DNA of 64,000 nt from contig CAZICD010000002.1 of assembly GCA_964537725.1 (NCBI GenBank), positions 32,356-96,355 on the forward strand, read 5' to 3'. The notes under the pieces are model-generated. The model saw nothing but the letters and a program-made list of their open reading frames with translations. It was not told the DNA's origin and ran no database searches. The position numbers and the translations under genes are program-made. Shown here piece by piece: positions 61,547 through 64,000 of the stretch. Source of the stretch: an uncultured Spirochaetaceae bacterium (GTDB taxonomy: Bacteria > Spirochaetota > Spirochaetia > DSM-27196 > SLST01). Position 1 is the first letter of the stretch, and each line of letters begins with the position of its first letter.

Positions 61547-63114
61547 CCGAAGGTCTCCTCCATGGAATCGAGCTCGGCGGTCAACGCGGCGCACAGGTCC
61601 TCCCACGCGCGGTCGCTCGCGGTCGCCGCCGAGCCGGACGCGGGGCGGCACCACCGCAGGAGCTCGGGAAGCGCGAGGGAGGCGGCGACGTGCGCGAGGA
61701 GGGGCTGCTCGACGCCGAAGCGGTGCGCCGACCCCGGTGGTTCTGCGCTGCGCACGATGTCGCGCAGATTGCGTACTCTCTCTCGCACCTTCTGCCGCCG
61801 CTCGTCGCGGGCCGGCCAGTCGAGCGAGTGCCACGCGACCCCGGGGTGCGCGCGCGGCATGCCGGCGAGCTCGCTCTCTCCTACCGTGGGCATCCCGGCG
61901 AGCGCGGGCGAGGGGGCGAGTACGAAGAAGGGCGCGTAGCGCTGTGTTGCCTGCGAGGCGAACCATCGCGCGTAGGTGGCGAGGGTGCGGTCGCTCGTCC
62001 AGCCGTTCCCGAGGTCGGTGTGCGAACGCGTGGAGTCGTAGACCGCGGTAGTAAGCGGAGCGAGACGCGATGCCGCGGCGCGGCGATAGGTATGCGAGAG
62101 GTGCGGTCGGACGTGAGACCGGCCTTCCAGCCAGGCGAAGTCAGCTCCGCCTACCACCACCGGCGCGCCGGTGAGCCGGCGGGCGAGGCCGGCGGCGGTT
62201 GCGGTCACCGTGCCCTGCGGGGCCACGCTCGGGATGCCCGTGCGTCGCGGAGAGAGCAGCGCCTCGTCTTCGGGATCGTCCTCGGCGAGGGGGGCGACGC
62301 GCGCGCAGGCGGAGAGGCCCCGGGTCGCGGCGAGGGGCGCCGCAACCGGAACGTCGGCGTGCGCGCCGCGGGCAATGAGCGGGCGCAGGTGCTCCCACCC
62401 GTACACCGCGGCGTCCGTGGCGACCACGAGGTCGGGGGTGAGCCCCGCGTGCGCGAGCGCGGAGAGCGCGGAGGAGGTCGCCCACAGCTCGATGCGCCGG
62501 CGTGCGGCCGCGATCGTCGGGATGCCGCGCTCGAGCCCGGGACCGGCCCCGGCTATGACCACTGCGGCGATTCGTCGCGTCGCGGGCCTCGGCGCAACCG
62601 GCGTGATATTGAGGTAGTTGTGAATGCGATTCCGGTACCACCGCCGACCGAACGCGCCCCGGGTGACGAGGCTCGCCTGCGCCTCGGTGACGTGCCGGGA
62701 GAGCGCCGCCCGCGCCAGCCCGGCCGCCTCGGGTGAGGCCTCAATCGCCGGTTGCCATTCGAGTACGGTGAGCGATGCCGTGTCGAGGTCGGTGAGCTCG
62801 CGCGTGAGGAAGCGGTCGATCGACTCGCGGTCGGGCTGCCAGGTCGCGTCGGCGTGAGCCACCAAACGGCGATTCAACCCCGGAACGAGCGGGATTCCCA
62901 GCGTGCGCGCGTGCGGTGCTACGCGGCGGATCGCGTCGAAGGCGTACCCGAGTCCCGGTCCCACGACGATGACGAGTCGCGGGGATTCGCCTTCCACCGT
63001 CGAGACGAAGCGCTCGGCCTCGCGAACCGGGTCGAAGCGCGAATGGAGGTGTCGGTCGTCGATCGATACGGTGAGGGCTCCGGTCCTGGTCTCGAGGAAG
63101 CGCGGCTCGCTCAC
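61543..63114 (-). CDS. Motility-accessory-factor (Maf) / DUF115 family protein, second paralogue
   Basis: Core: AAVVIAGAGPGLERGI...LWATSSALSALAHAGLTPDLVVATDA. GTG 63114 overlaps the upstream gene's stop (GTGA). Confidence 0.7.
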   Translation of the reverse strand: MSEPRFLETRTGALTVSIDDRHLHSRFDPVREAERFVSTVEGESPRLVIVVGPGLGYAFDAIRRVAPHARTLGIPLVPGLNRRLVAHADATWQPDRESIDRFLTRELTDLDTASLTVLEWQPAIEASPEAAGLARAALSRHVTEAQASLVTRGAFGRRWYRNRIHNYLNITPVAPRPATRRIAAVVIAGAGPGLERGIPTIAAARRRIELWATSSALSALAHAGLTPDLVVATDAAVYGWEHLRPLIARGAHADVPVAAPLAATRGLSACARVAPLAEDDPEDEALLSPRRTGIPSVAPQGTVTATAAGLARRLTGAPVVVGGADFAWLEGRSHVRPHLSHTYRRAAASRLAPLTTAVYDSTRSHTDLGNGWTSDRTLATYARWFASQATQRYAPFFVLAPSPALAGMPTVGESELAGMPRAHPGVAWHSLDWPARDERRQKVRERVRNLRDIVRSAEPPGSAHRFGVEQPLLAHVAASLALPELLRWCRPASGSAATASDRAWEDLCAALTAELDSMEETFG

Positions 63115-64000
63115 AACAGCGCGTGCACGAGCGCGCCGAGGTCGCTGCCGTCCTCCGGGTAACGGCGTGAATCGTAGCGCAGCACCGGCGCCGCGGTCAT
63201 TTCGGGCATCAGCTCGGCGAGTGTCGCGGCCACGTGCTGGACGATCAGCTCCACGTCGTCGTCGGCTCGCCCGTGAAGCAGGAGCAGCGCGCGGTGATCG
63301 TCCGCGTCGCAGACGGTGGCGCTGGTCGCGAAGAGCGCGGCGGTCACGCGAAGGACATCCTGCCAGACGCGGAACGGGTCGATGAACTCGTTCGACGTCG
63401 CGACCTGCGAGACGACATCGGCGAGCTGCACGACGATGACGCCCAGCCCGAGTTCCGCGCGCGCCGCGATGCGCTCGACGACGACGTCGATCTCCGAAGG
63501 CTTGAAGACGATGGTCTGTCGAATGGTGCGTGCTTTCGCGAGACGTCGCGACTGCATGACGTCGGTCGCCGGCTCTCCGACCGCGGCGAGGATGATGCGA
63601 AGGTGCTCCACGTACCCGTCGAAGTAGGGTGTGTCGGTGACCAGCAGCACCGCTTCGAGCGCGTCGTCCTTCACGAAGGGGAAGACGAGCAGGTTCTCGA
63701 GCAGCGATCCTTCGCGTCTCGAGAAGTACGGTGCGAACTCACGCGAGGTGTCGCCTGCCCAGAGGATTCCCGTCTCACTCGCCGCGACCGCCGCGTGCAG
63801 GTCGTCCGATGGGATGCGAAGGCGGTGTAGCGAGGTCGCGTCCAGCCCGTTGGACGCCCACGGAACGAAGATGTCCTCGTCGTAGTCGGGAAGCAGGAGC
63901 GCCGCCCGCCGAAGATCGAGGTTGGTTACGAGCAGGTCGAAGAGGTGAGCCGGGAGCTCCAGGCTCTCAGGCAGCGAGGAGAGGCGTTGAAGGATCGCGC
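63111..64000 (-). CDS. Hypothetical protein, 5'-truncated by the window edge; possible GAF-like plus degenerate GGDEF-like regions
   Basis: My hand translation shows the minus-strand frame of the 187-aa track ORF stays open from 63674 up to the window edge. There is no ATG/GTG/TTG in that stretch, so the real gene almost certainly starts beyond 64000. Confidence 0.5.
   Translation of the reverse strand, partial: AILQRLSSLPESLELPAHLFDLLVTNLDLRRAALLLPDYDEDIFVPWASNGLDATSLHRLRIPSDDLHAAVAASETGILWAGDTSREFAPYFSRREGSLLENLLVFPFVKDDALEAVLLVTDTPYFDGYVEHLRIILAAVGEPATDVMQSRRLAKARTIRQTIVFKPSEIDVVVERIAARAELGLGVIVVQLADVVSQVATSNEFIDPFRVWQDVLRVTAALFATSATVCDADDHRALLLLHGRADDDVELIVQHVAATLAELMPEMTAAPVLRYDSRRYPEDGSDLGALVHALL

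Noticed and set aside
60026-61939. 637-aa plus-strand ORF opposite the Maf genes, and the 395-aa off-frame minus-strand ORF at 59733-60920
   Set aside because: They are shadow ORFs. The DUF115 core motifs lie in the chosen frames.
1-64000. CRISPR arrays, tRNA/rRNA genes, IS elements, prophage or toxin-antitoxin modules
   Set aside because: Reading the intergenic spacers (all under 160 nt) and the ORF set, I saw no spaced direct repeats, no cloverleaf-like segments, no transposase, integrase or Cas-like translations, and no small paired ORFs. tRNAscan or Infernal runs would be the formal check.

Overview
This is a 64 kb, very GC-rich stretch of bacterial chromosome with tightly packed genes. 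I support about 55 protein-coding genes, many joined by 1- or 4-nt start/stop overlaps (ATGA, GTGA, TGATG). I found no rRNA, tRNA, CRISPR array, transposase, integrase or phage genes.

**Content.** Most genes are housekeeping or cell-envelope functions:
- Core metabolism and translation: lpdA (3' fragment), trpS, metG, hisD, folC, add, xylA, rnz, dinB and fabV. The fabV product closely resembles my recollection of the Treponema-type trans-2-enoyl-CoA reductase.
- Peptidoglycan genes: murE, murD, dapL and a FemAB-family transferase.
- Membrane and signalling genes: hflKC, a two-gene phosphorelay, an RCK-type K+ channel followed by a stand-alone cNMP-binding protein, a GldA/F/G-like ABC system with a DUF4340 protein, and two tandem Maf/DUF115 genes.

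**Likely source.** The gene set (FabV, DapL, Maf, an FGE-sulfatase lipoprotein, FemX-like) fits a high-GC free-living spirochaete-like organism. This is only an inference.

**Most unusual locus (about 14.1-20.4 kb).** A reductase-only RibD homologue heads one tight minus-strand gene string. It is followed by a Cys-less BchC-like MDR dehydrogenase, a PTPS/QueD-like enzyme, a GT4 glycosyltransferase and a CDP-alcohol-phosphatidyltransferase::FkbM-methyltransferase fusion. ribA is divergent from this string, and a SAM methyltransferase and an MFS transporter sit next to it. I do not recognise this as any characterised pathway.

**Other points worth a second look:**
- A HAD::MutY-like::wHTH fusion whose HAD catalytic motif lies upstream of any ATG/GTG/TTG, and whose glycosylase part has no Fe-S cysteines.
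- Repeated sigma70-like promoters placed so that the mRNAs would be leaderless.
- A pseudokinase-like membrane protein.
- A macro-domain gene abutting an RqcH/NFACT gene.
- An ORF at the right edge that is longer than the supplied track suggests.

**ORF track.** Most of the long ORFs in the track are antisense or off-frame shadow ORFs typical of high-GC DNA, and I rejected them.
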